A stretch of 39,697 nt of DNA, the filler included, from Acidimicrobiia bacterium (lineage in GTDB: Bacteria; Actinomycetota; Acidimicrobiia; Spongiisociales; SHLN01), in NCBI GenBank assembly GCA_041619515.1. It is 13 parts of 13 records of this genome, joined end to end, with 100 filler letters (N's around TTAATTAATTAA, not from the genome) between each part and the next. Parts side by side here need not be neighbours in the genome. Positions count along the whole stretch, not along the records: positions 7,592 to 11,232 come from JBFKDW010000134.1; positions 11,333 to 14,921 come from JBFKDW010000135.1; positions 15,022 to 18,511 come from JBFKDW010000136.1; 10 more parts are not named here. One strand, 5' to 3'. This document shows, in pieces, positions 9,191 to 17,732 of this stretch. Every line of letters begins with the position of its first letter. Position 1 is the first letter of the stretch. A program made the translations under genes and the position numbers. Below the pieces are notes generated by a model. The model was not told where the DNA came from and did no database searches. It worked only from the letters and a program-made list of their open reading frames with translations.

Positions 9191-10647
9191 GCTCCATCGA
9201 CGAGGGCGAGATCCAGGCGATCATCGAGCGGGTGCGGGGACGGCTCGACGCCGCCGGGGCCTCGGGTGCGGGCTTGCACGCCCGCACCGAGCTGGACGAG
9301 ATCAAGGATGTCGAGCTCGGTGACGGAATCTTCCGCACCATCGACGAGGCGGTCGCAGCCGCCAACCGGGCGTTTCGGGAGTATCAACGGCTGGGCCTGG
9401 GCGGCCGGTTTGCGATCGTCGCCTCGATTCGTGCCGCCATGCTGGCCGAGGCCGAGCGCCTTGCCCACATGGCGCACCAGGAAACCGGCCTGGGACGGGC
9501 TGAGGACAAGGTGATCAAGAACCGGCTGGTGGCCGCCAAGACGCCGGGGCCCGAGGATCTGGAACCGACGGTGGTCACCGGAGATGCCGGAATGATGATG
9601 ACCGAGTGGGCTCCCTTTGGTGTCATCGGAGCCATCACCCCCACCACCAACCCAACTTCGACCATCATCAACAACACCATCTCGGTGGTGTCCGCCGGCA
9701 ATGCGTGCGTGTTCAACGTGCACCCGAATGCGAAGAAGGTCTCGGCCGAGAACATCCGGCTCCTCAACCGGGCCATCGTCGCCGCCGGCGGCCCTCCCAA
9801 CCTGGTGACCGCGGTTCCAACGCCCACCATCGCCAGCGCCCAGGAACTCATGCATCACGCCGACGTGCGGGTCCTGCTCGTCACCGGCGGACCCGCCGTC
9901 GTGCGAGAGGCACTCAAGACCGACAAGCGGGCGATTGCCGCCGGGCCGGGCAATCCTCCGGCGGTGGTCGACGAGACCGCTGATATCCGGAATGCCGCCC
10001 GCTCGATCGTTCAGGGCGCCAGCTTCGACAACAACGTCATCTGCACCGACGAGAAGACCACCATCGTGGTGGAAAGCGTCGCCGATCGCCTCCTTCAGGA
10101 GATGGGCCGGGCCGGCGCCTATCTGCTGAAGGAGCACGAACTGCGCAAGCTGGAGCGGGTCATCTTCGAGGAGCTCGGGCCGCCAAACAAGCCGGGTGTC
10201 ATCAACCGCACGTGGATCGGCAAGCACGCATCCGCCATCCTCGCCGAGATCGGGGTCCAAGCCGATCCGGCCGAAACCCGGCTGCTGGTGGCAGACGTCC
10301 CGAATGAGCACAGCCTGGTGTGGACCGAGCAGATGATGCCGGTGATGCCGGTTACCCGCGTGCAGTCGATTGACCGAGCCATCGACCTGGCGGTCAAGTC
10401 CGAGCACGGCTTCCGCCACACCGCCTCGATCCACTCGACCAACGTCGAACGCATCACCCGGATGGCCGTCGCCATGAACTGCTCCATCTTCGTTGCGAAC
10501 GGGCCCAACTTCTCCGGCCTGGGCGAGGGCGGCGAGGGGTTCACCTCCTTCTCCATCGCCAGTCCCACCGGAGACGGCCTCACCCGCCCCCGCACCTTCT
10601 CACGGGAACGCCGGGTCACCGTGGTGGGCGCCCTCCGGATCGTGTAG
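9187..10647 (+). CDS. CoA-acylating aldehyde dehydrogenase (EutE/PduP family) with N-terminal encapsulation peptide
   Basis: PFGVIGAITPTTNPT, LVTGGPAVV, AGPGNPP, SFDNNVICTDEK (catalytic Cys), EQMMPV, EHGFRHTA, GEGFTSFSIASPTG. N-terminal amphipathic helix IDEGEIQAIIERVRGRL. Confidence 0.95.
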   Translation: MSSIDEGEIQAIIERVRGRLDAAGASGAGLHARTELDEIKDVELGDGIFRTIDEAVAAANRAFREYQRLGLGGRFAIVASIRAAMLAEAERLAHMAHQETGLGRAEDKVIKNRLVAAKTPGPEDLEPTVVTGDAGMMMTEWAPFGVIGAITPTTNPTSTIINNTISVVSAGNACVFNVHPNAKKVSAENIRLLNRAIVAAGGPPNLVTAVPTPTIASAQELMHHADVRVLLVTGGPAVVREALKTDKRAIAAGPGNPPAVVDETADIRNAARSIVQGASFDNNVICTDEKTTIVVESVADRLLQEMGRAGAYLLKEHELRKLERVIFEELGPPNKPGVINRTWIGKHASAILAEIGVQADPAETRLLVADVPNEHSLVWTEQMMPVMPVTRVQSIDRAIDLAVKSEHGFRHTASIHSTNVERITRMAVAMNCSIFVANGPNFSGLGEGGEGFTSFSIASPTGDGLTRPRTFSRERRVTVVGALRIV

Positions 10648-11232
10648 TGACTCACCCCGCCGTCGCGATAGTCGAGTTCGATTCCGTTGCGGTCGGGATC
10701 GAGGCAGGCGACGCGATGGTCAAACGCGCTCCGCTGGGGGTGATTCGGTCGGGCACAGTCCAGCCCGGCAAGTACGTCGTGCTCATCGCCGGCGACGTCG
10801 CCAGTGTCGACGAATCATTGGCTGCGGGGCGGGCACTCGGCGGGGAAGCGATCGTCGATACGGTCTTCCTGCCCGACATCCATCCCGCCGTCGTCGCCGC
10901 CATCGGCGGAGCACAGGCGTTCGATGACGGGGAGGCGCTCGGCGTGATCGAAACGACGACGGTCGCTGCCATCATCGAGGCGGCCGATGCCGCCGTCAAA
11001 GGAGCCGACGTGGTAGCGGCTCGCATCGAGCTGGCCGACGGGCTCGGCGGCAAGGGCTACGCCCTCTTCGGTGGGGCGCTGTCGGAGGTACAAGCCGCGG
11101 TCTCCGCCGGAGTGGCGGCACTCACAACCCGGCAACTGGTGGCGAGCGTCGTGATCCCCCAGCTCCACGCTGAGATGCGAGAGGATGTGGTCGCCGGGCC
11201 GCGCTTTCGAAAACGGTCTCGAGGACGCACGA
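10647..11232 (+). CDS. BMC shell trimer, single-layer type (BMC-Ts, PduT-like); stop not reached before the gap
   Basis: Two tandem BMC domains (IVEFDSVAVGIEAGDAMVK...PGKY...GDVASV; LGVIET...IEAADAAVK...GLGGKG). Confidence 0.92.
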
Positions 11233-11448
11233 NNNNNNNNNNNNNNNNNNNNNNNNNNNNNNNNNNNNNNNNNNNNTTAATTAATTAANNNNNNNNNNNN
11301 NNNNNNNNNNNNNNNNNNNNNNNNNNNNNNNNAACCGAATTCGAAGTCACGGATTAGGTTCGCAACACGTTCGCGAACCCGGTCGGCTCGGGTACCGTCC
11401 CGGACTCTGGAATCGCCAACTAGGTTGGCTACTCGGAAGGGACGCTCC

Positions 11449-11577
11449 ATGGGTCACGTCAAGCCCAACCTGCTGCGCAGAGCCGAGCGCCGGGTGATAT
11501 CCGGCGCCATGGGCGTCGTGGCCTTCTTCCTAGAACGCATCGTGCTCCGCGCCGAGCGCAAGTCCTCCAGGAAATGA
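11449..11577 (+). CDS. Small basic protein with one hydrophobic helix (42 aa)
   Basis: MGHVKPNLLRRAERRVISGAMGVVAFFLERIVLRAERKSSRK with SD-like GGAAGG upstream. Below the ORF-track length cutoff. Confidence 0.55.
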   Translation: MGHVKPNLLRRAERRVISGAMGVVAFFLERIVLRAERKSSRK

Positions 11578-11586
11578 GCGCCTCGG

Positions 11587-13671
11587 CTACTTCCCCCTGA
11601 GGATGTCGAGGACGAGGCCGAGGGTCAAGATGCCGGCCACCGCTCCGACGCCGACCAGTATCGCACCATCGACTCGATCCGCCAGAGCCAGCAGACCCGT
11701 TGCGACGGCCGTCGCTCCCGCCGCGAAGGCAATGCCGATCCGGCGCGCTCCGCGCCGCACCGTGGCCTCGAGGGTAGCGGCCTCGAAATTGACGCTGAGG
11801 CGGTCGCCTGGTCTGGCGCCGATGAGACGCTCGATGGCTTCTACGACACGCATAGATCTGACCTGAAGTTTCCGGGTTTGGAAGAGGAGACTGGCCGGGT
11901 CGAGCCGCCCACCCAGGCCCCGTACAGCTTGTCGCATGAGGTACTTGCCGGCGACATCGAAGAGATCGAGATCTGGATCGAGCTGAGCCGTCGCCAGCTG
12001 CATCTGGGCGAGCGCCTTGCCGGTGAGGGTCAGCTCTGCCGGAAGCGGCACGTTATAGCGCAGCGAGATCTCCGACATCTCCTGCAGAATGGGTCCCAGC
12101 TGGATGTCGCGCAGGGAGGCGCTCCGGTACCTGGCCATCAGGTCGCTGAGTTCGCCCTGGAACTTGCCGGCATCGAGATCCCGGCGCGAATCCGCACCGG
12201 CCATTGCCAGCGTCACATCCGTCAGGAACGCAGCATCTTCTTGCCAAAAGGCCATCATCAGGAGCACCAGCTGCTCGCGCAGCTCGGCACCGACCTCACC
12301 GACCATTCCGAAGTCGAGGAAGTAGATCGAATCCTTCCACCACATGAGGTTGCCGGGATGCGGGTCTGCGTGAAAAAACCCGTCGGTCATGATTTGCTGG
12401 TAGTAGCTCTCGAGGAGCTGCTTGGCCGCGACTTTCCTCGCCGGAGTGTCCGGGGCTTCCGAAATGGGCACGCCTTGAATCTCTTCCATCACGATCAGCC
12501 GCTCTGTCGAGAAATCGGCATAGAGCTTCGGCACAGCGAGATGGTCGTAGCCCTCCAGCAGCTTGCCCATACGCTCCATGTTCTCGGCCTCTTGCCGGAA
12601 ATCGAGCTCCCGCTGCAACGAGTCCGCCAGCTGCTCGTACACCGTCTTGAGATCAATGACCTCTGTCAGCTTGGGGCGGCGTGACGCCCGGTCGGCGAAG
12701 ATCTCCAGCAAGGCAAGATCCTCCTCGATCTGGGCGCGGGCAGTCGGGCGCTGCACCTTGACGATCGCCTTCTCCCCCGATGTCAGCGTCGCCCGATGCA
12801 CCTGGCCGATCGATGCTGCCGCCAGTGGCTCGGGGTCGATCGAGGCGAAGACGTCCTCCCACGGCACGCCTAGCTCATGCTCCATCACCTCGACTACCTC
12901 TGCCTCGCTGAGCGCAGGCACATGATCCTGGAGCGTCGCCAGTTCCGTGATGAACTCGGGTGGGACCAGGTCCGGGCGGGTGGACAGAACCTGGCCGATC
13001 TTGGCGAAGGTAGGACCCAGCTCCTCCAGGCTCTGCCGAAGCAAGATCGCCTGGCGCTCCCGCCCTTCCCGCGTTTGATCGCGCTTGAGAACGGTCTTCA
13101 ACATCGCCTTGGTGGCGACGGCACCGATACGGGCACCGCGGGTTGCAAGGTGCGGGGAGGATTCGGTGGCACGCCTCCCCCCACGCGCCAGCCGCCCGCC
13201 GATCACTTGCCCATCGCCTGAGGCAGTGTTGACGATGATGACGGTGCACCGAGCGTTGTGCGAGATGCGGTTCGGTATGTTGCCGAGCAGAAACTCCTTG
13301 CGCCCTTTCATGCCCACGTTGCCGACGACGAGAACGTCCACCTTCTCGACCTCAGCCGCATCGACGATCGCGCCGGCCGGGTCATCGCTGATGACTACCC
13401 GACTCCTGCCACGCTCACCGGCCAGCTCCGTCGCATACTCCTTGAGCTGCTCGGCTACGAAGTCGGCTCGGGTGCGTTCCACGATGGCGTGTTCATCGCT
13501 CTCCGAGCTCGAGGGAACAATCACTTGCAGGAGGAACAGCTCGGCGCCGTATCTCTCCGCCATCGAATGGGCCCAGGCGACGGCGTGGCTCGCCGTCTCC
13601 GACCGGTCGGTCGCGACCATCACTCGGTTCACGCTGGTATCGAAGGTATTGACAACTCCCGAGAGATTCAT
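11587..13671 (-). CDS. Universal stress protein (Usp) domain fused to UbiB/ABC1 (AarF) atypical kinase, with C-terminal TM helices
   Basis: N-terminal RVMVATD...VVGNVGMKGRKEFLLGNIPNRISHNARCTVIIV (Usp). Kinase motifs KIGQ (KxGQ), AAASIGQV, VKVQRP, HADPHPGN, DFG. Start 13671 chosen from the -10 TACCGT 6 nt upstream. Confidence 0.92.
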   Translation of the reverse strand: MNLSGVVNTFDTSVNRVMVATDRSETASHAVAWAHSMAERYGAELFLLQVIVPSSSESDEHAIVERTRADFVAEQLKEYATELAGERGRSRVVISDDPAGAIVDAAEVEKVDVLVVGNVGMKGRKEFLLGNIPNRISHNARCTVIIVNTASGDGQVIGGRLARGGRRATESSPHLATRGARIGAVATKAMLKTVLKRDQTREGRERQAILLRQSLEELGPTFAKIGQVLSTRPDLVPPEFITELATLQDHVPALSEAEVVEVMEHELGVPWEDVFASIDPEPLAAASIGQVHRATLTSGEKAIVKVQRPTARAQIEEDLALLEIFADRASRRPKLTEVIDLKTVYEQLADSLQRELDFRQEAENMERMGKLLEGYDHLAVPKLYADFSTERLIVMEEIQGVPISEAPDTPARKVAAKQLLESYYQQIMTDGFFHADPHPGNLMWWKDSIYFLDFGMVGEVGAELREQLVLLMMAFWQEDAAFLTDVTLAMAGADSRRDLDAGKFQGELSDLMARYRSASLRDIQLGPILQEMSEISLRYNVPLPAELTLTGKALAQMQLATAQLDPDLDLFDVAGKYLMRQAVRGLGGRLDPASLLFQTRKLQVRSMRVVEAIERLIGARPGDRLSVNFEAATLEATVRRGARRIGIAFAAGATAVATGLLALADRVDGAILVGVGAVAGILTLGLVLDILRGK

Positions 13672-13821
13672 GCCGACACGGTAGGCCTCAAACCCCAAGT
13701 TGTCGATGGCGATTGGACTGCCGGGCCCCCAGGTCACGTGCTAGACCCCGGATCGCGTGGCCATCCGGAGGTGAGAGGATGGGAAGGTGTTCAGCAAGGA
13801 CCTCTCGGTCGGAGTGGGACC

Positions 13822-14349
13822 TCACGGCCCGACGGCATCGGCTTCGTAGAAGGCTGGTGGGTAGCGGACGGTCCCCCGGAATCCGGGGTCATAGTTCGAA
13901 AGCAGCTTCACCATGAACGCATCGTCGGGAATCTTGGATGACGGCGGTGTGATGCCATGCAACGACGCCCGCTCGAACCCAAACCGGGGGTAATAGGTGG
14001 GATGGCCCTCAACCAGCACGAGCGGCTCACCTTGCTGGTCGATGAGGGTGAGGCCGTGCTCGGTCAAGGCCGTGCCGACGCCGCGCCCCTGATGGTGGGG
14101 GTGAACCGCCAGTGGAGCCAGGTCGAGGATCCGCACCGGGCCGGCCGCAGTCTCCAGGCCGACGTAGCTGAACATGATGTGGCCGATGACCTCCTCCCTC
14201 TCCATCGCCACCAGCGAGAGATCCGGAACATAGAGATCGGACCGGCGAATCAGCTCGATGAGCTGCGCCTCGTTCTCCTCGTCAAACGCCGCCACATTGA
14301 CCCGGGCGACCCCGGGATACTCACCGGGGGTCTCAGGCCGAATGATCAT
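13822..14349 (-). CDS. GNAT N-acetyltransferase (YhbS-like)
   Basis: IRPETP, SLVA...IGHIMFS, LAPLAVHPHHQGRGVG, LVEGHPTYYPRFGF. Confidence 0.93.
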   Translation of the reverse strand: MIIRPETPGEYPGVARVNVAAFDEENEAQLIELIRRSDLYVPDLSLVAMEREEVIGHIMFSYVGLETAAGPVRILDLAPLAVHPHHQGRGVGTALTEHGLTLIDQQGEPLVLVEGHPTYYPRFGFERASLHGITPPSSKIPDDAFMVKLLSNYDPGFRGTVRYPPAFYEADAVGP

Positions 14350-14365
14350 CCGCCAACGCTACCGG

Positions 14366-14920
14366 CTAGTCCTCGATGAGCTCGACCTCGACGGCCACCT
14401 CACTTGGTACCGGCTCCTCACCTCTCCGCAGGTCGTCGGCGACGTCGTCAATGAGGGCTTGGGCGTTGCGCCAGCCCTTGATCCGATAGGCGTGGTCCGG
14501 GCTCTCGTAGCCGACGCGGGTGGCCTTGATGACCCACGGCCGCCCGGTGAGCGTGTTGTAGGCGATCCAACCACCTACCAGCAGCCAGAACAGCAGGTAC
14601 TGAGCAAGGAAGATGAGCCCGGGCACGAGGACGAAGATCGTGAGGAGGGCCACCGCAACCACTGCGGCTGCGATGGCGATCCACAGCAGCGCCTTGGCGA
14701 GTGCCGCCAGCAGGCCGCCGGCGGCGCCGGCCGCGCCACCCCCGCCGCCGCCACTTCGCTTGCCGCCGCCACTGCTCCCGCTTCGCCTGCCACCGCCACT
14801 GCTGCCTCTGCGGCTGCCGCCACCCGAGGAGCCACCACCGAGGCCTCCCAACCATCCACCACCCACCGAACGTCCGCGCGGTCGGCTCGACCCGCCGCCT
14901 CCCCAAAAGATCCACGGGAA
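14366..14920 (-). CDS. Gly-rich hypothetical membrane protein (5' partial)
   Basis: Open from the gap. Gly/Ser-rich linker, long hydrophobic segment, then RPWVIKA...YRIKGWRNA. Confidence 0.7.
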   Translation of the reverse strand, partial: FPWIFWGGGGSSRPRGRSVGGGWLGGLGGGSSGGGSRRGSSGGGRRSGSSGGGKRSGGGGGGAAGAAGGLLAALAKALLWIAIAAAVVAVALLTIFVLVPGLIFLAQYLLFWLLVGGWIAYNTLTGRPWVIKATRVGYESPDHAYRIKGWRNAQALIDDVADDLRRGEEPVPSEVAVEVELIED

Positions 14921-15021
14921 TNNNNNNNNNNNNNNNNNNNNNNNNNNNNNNNNNNNNNNNNNNNNTTAATTAATTAANNNNNNNNNNNNNNNNNNNNNNN
15001 NNNNNNNNNNNNNNNNNNNNN

Positions 15022-16161
15022 CCACAGGTGTTTCGCTCCGTCCGGCCCCACCCGGACGATGATCTTGCCGCCGAGGGCGGCGACCGGGGCGACGCCGCCG
15101 ATGGTCCCTCCGAGCCCGCCGATCCGGACAGTCACGCGTCGATTCTCGAGCGTTTCGAGGCTCTGAAACGGACCCTCGGCCAGGAAATCGCCCCCGCCTC
15201 CCCGGCGCCGGCTCCGCCGGCCCAGCCAACGCCCGATGATGTACCCCCGGCGGCCGACGGCCAGGGAGCCCGGCCCGCCGCCGCTCTCCCGGCGCGGCCG
15301 TCTCAAGAACACGTGGCCGCCGCCGACGATCACGCCTCCCCGGCCCACGCGGAGGACCCGGACGGATCGTTCGAAGCGCTGCAAGCGCGCGTACGCCAGA
15401 TGAAACGCCGGGAGCAGGAAACGAGCAGAGCGATGGAGGCCGCCGCCCCGTTCCAGGCCGAGCCCGAGCCGGCCACCTCGGACGCCCCCGGCCTCAGCTA
15501 CCCCGAGCTCGAAGGGCTCAATCAAGCAGAGGCCGCCAGACGCCGGCGGGAAGCCAGGAAGGAGAAACGGCGCCAGCGGCGCAAGAACCGTTCGTTCTGG
15601 CAGGAGCTTCCCGTTCTCATCCTGGTGGCGCTCGTTGTCGCGATCATCATCAAGACCTTCTTCTTCCAGGCCTTCTACATTCCGTCCGGCTCGATGATCC
15701 CCACCCTCCAGATCAACGACCGGGTGCTGGTCAACAAGCTCTCCTACCGATTCGGAGCCATCGAGCGAGGTGACGTGCTCGTCTTCGATTCACCGGAAGC
15801 CGTCCAGGCCGACCGCTCCTTCGTAGAGCGGGTATTCCGCTCTGTCGGCGAGGCGACCGGCCTCATCTCGCCCGACACCGTTCTGATCAAGCGGGTGATC
15901 GGCTTGCCGGGTGAGACCGTGGCGGTGGTCGACAACCAGGTCTATGTGAACGGGAATCCCATCGCCGAGCCGTACCTGCCAGAAGGCGCCACTATGCGCG
16001 ATTTCGAAGAGATTGTGGTTCCGGCCGATCACGTCTTCATGATGGGTGACAATCGCAATCAGAGCCGGGACAGTCGGGTCTTTGGGGCGATACCGCGTGA
16101 AGACATCGTTGGGCGCGCCTTCGTCAGCGTATGGCCGCCGGGAGCGTGGGGTGGGCTCTAG
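15022..16161 (+). CDS. lepB: Signal peptidase I with long N-terminal low-complexity extension (frame open to contig edge)
   Basis: TM helix followed by FYIPSGSMIPTL (catalytic Ser), LIKRVIGLPG (catalytic Lys) and MGDNRNQSRDSRVFG. Confidence 0.95.
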   Translation, partial: PQVFRSVRPHPDDDLAAEGGDRGDAADGPSEPADPDSHASILERFEALKRTLGQEIAPASPAPAPPAQPTPDDVPPAADGQGARPAAALPARPSQEHVAAADDHASPAHAEDPDGSFEALQARVRQMKRREQETSRAMEAAAPFQAEPEPATSDAPGLSYPELEGLNQAEAARRRREARKEKRRQRRKNRSFWQELPVLILVALVVAIIIKTFFFQAFYIPSGSMIPTLQINDRVLVNKLSYRFGAIERGDVLVFDSPEAVQADRSFVERVFRSVGEATGLISPDTVLIKRVIGLPGETVAVVDNQVYVNGNPIAEPYLPEGATMRDFEEIVVPADHVFMMGDNRNQSRDSRVFGAIPREDIVGRAFVSVWPPGAWGGL

Positions 16162-16263
16162 CCTCATGCCGTGTCGCACCCGGTCTGTATACCCGAAGGG
16201 TGGCAACCACCATTCCGTGATGGGCCGGTCTATCGTGGCCGCTACCGGAGACAGGAGAATCGG

Positions 16264-16560
16264 GTGAACGAGGAAGATCTCGAACGGTACGAGACCGAGG
16301 TCGAACTCCAGATCTACAAGGAGTATCGCGACGTCTTGCCGATGTTCAAGTTCGTCGTCGAGACCGAGCGGCGCTTCTACCTCGCCAACAAGGTCGACCT
16401 GGAGACCCGTCGCGTTGGGGATGCCATCTATTTCGAGATTCAACTCGAGGATGCCTGGGTATGGGACATGTATCGGCCGGCTCGCTTCCTGCAGCGGGTC
16501 CGGATCATGAGCTTTCGCGACGTCAACATCGAGGAGCTGGAGCCCGGAACCGCGCTCTAG
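16264..16560 (+). CDS. DUF2469 family protein
   Basis: EDLERYETEVELQIYKEYRDV...VVETERRFYLAN...DAWVWDMYRPARF...FRDVNIEEL. SD AGGAG before GTG 16264. Confidence 0.93.
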   Translation: MNEEDLERYETEVELQIYKEYRDVLPMFKFVVETERRFYLANKVDLETRRVGDAIYFEIQLEDAWVWDMYRPARFLQRVRIMSFRDVNIEELEPGTAL

Positions 16561-16880
16561 CCCGGCAGCGGATAGCCCGGCTCGGGGAGTCGCTGGCGGC
16601 TTCCTTCCTTGCCGAGCGGGGGGCGGTGGTGGTGGGCCGCAACGTGCGAGCCGGCCGCGGGGAGATCGACCTGCTGGTCCGAGTTCGTTCCACGCTGGTG
16701 GCGGTGGAAGTCAAGACTCGTCTCGGGCACGACCCGCGAGCCGCTTACACCGCCGAAAAGGCCGATCGGGTGTGGGCGGCGGTGGGGCGGCTGAGCCCGC
16801 GTCCGCGGGAGGTGGACCTGATTGCCGTCACCCTCACCGCCGGAGGAGTCGACATCCGGTGGATCCCCAGGGTGGGGTGA
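16461..16880 (+). CDS. yraN: YraN/UPF0102 family nuclease-like protein (start uncertain)
   Basis: GESLAASFL...RNVRAGRGEIDL...VAVEVKTR...VDLIAV; conserved position after DUF2469. Confidence 0.85.
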   Translation: MGHVSAGSLPAAGPDHELSRRQHRGAGARNRALARQRIARLGESLAASFLAERGAVVVGRNVRAGRGEIDLLVRVRSTLVAVEVKTRLGHDPRAAYTAEKADRVWAAVGRLSPRPREVDLIAVTLTAGGVDIRWIPRVG

Positions 16881-17081
16881 TCACGATCGTCGCCTGGTTC
16901 GCTGCTCCTTGAACCAGCACCCGCGGTGCCAATGGCGGCGCAGATCGGGCGCGTCCTCCGGGATGACCACCAGGTGGCCGACTCCGGCGTCGATGGAGTG
17001 GGAGCAACCCGGGCACAGGTACGGCTTGCGGGCGGCATACGGCTGGACCACCGTGACGATCTCTACCCCCAGAGGGCCCAT
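16881..17081 (-). CDS. Small Cys/His zinc-binding protein
   Basis: KPYLCPGC...GHLVVIP...RRHWHRGCW (CxxC...HxxC), a motif I recognise from conserved small actinobacterial proteins. Confidence 0.75.
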   Translation of the reverse strand: MGPLGVEIVTVVQPYAARKPYLCPGCSHSIDAGVGHLVVIPEDAPDLRRHWHRGCWFKEQRTRRRS

Positions 17082-17173
17082 GCCAGAACTCCGGCGATGA
17101 GCACGAGGGCAGCCACCACCACGATCACGTCGGTCGTGTCGCGCTCATGCGATCGGAACGGGTTGAATCCCAT
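17063..17173 (-). CDS. Small single-TM protein (36 aa)
   Basis: MGFNPFRSHERDTTDVIVVVAALVLIAGVLAWALWG, with -10 TAGCAT 6 nt before the ATG. Confidence 0.6.
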   Translation of the reverse strand: MGFNPFRSHERDTTDVIVVVAALVLIAGVLAWALWG

Positions 17174-17182
17174 CTCGAGATG

Positions 17183-17707
17183 CTAGGAACACATGAGGTC
17201 GGCGGCGACGTCTTCCCGGTCGGCGATCGCCTGCAGCTCGCGACACGACTCCCTGAACCGCCCCCTCACCTCGCTGTCGGATAGCTGGGCGGCGTAGGCG
17301 TCGATGTCGGAAATGGTCGAAATCGCCGCCAGCTGGTCGGCAGAGTCCCGGTACTCGGCGAGAACCCGCTCACCCGCCGCCACGGCCTCCCGGTGCCGGG
17401 CAGCCACCTCGGAGGGCGGGTCGAGGCCTCCGAGGCCGGCTACCAATCCGGCAAAAGAATCGACCGTGTCGGCGATCGATGAGCGGAACAGCTCGACGAG
17501 CTCGTCCTCGGCGTCGGCTGCCTCGAAGTCGATCTCGAGCAGCGCCTGGTTGACGGTTGCTTCCACCTCGTCGAGCTCGTCTTCCAGAGCGCTCGTCAAC
17601 GCTTCCACCTCCGCGAAGTACTCCGCAAGCGAGGCTCCCGGCGCGCACCCCGCCACCAACAGCAGGATGAGAGCCACGATTGAGCTTCGGCGGATTGCTC
17701 GCCACAT
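17183..17707 (-). CDS. Helical lipoprotein
   Basis: Signal peptide with lipobox LVAGC, acidic helical body, C-terminal Cys pair. Confidence 0.75.
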   Translation of the reverse strand: MWRAIRRSSIVALILLLVAGCAPGASLAEYFAEVEALTSALEDELDEVEATVNQALLEIDFEAADAEDELVELFRSSIADTVDSFAGLVAGLGGLDPPSEVAARHREAVAAGERVLAEYRDSADQLAAISTISDIDAYAAQLSDSEVRGRFRESCRELQAIADREDVAADLMCS

Positions 17708-17732
17708 GGGCGAGCAATCTAGGCGATGAGCC

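Noticed and set aside
11357..11379. Hairpin GGTTCGC/GCGAACC after a probable gene end at the contig start
   Set aside because: 7-bp stem with no U-tract and an unidentifiable upstream gene; insufficient for a terminator call.
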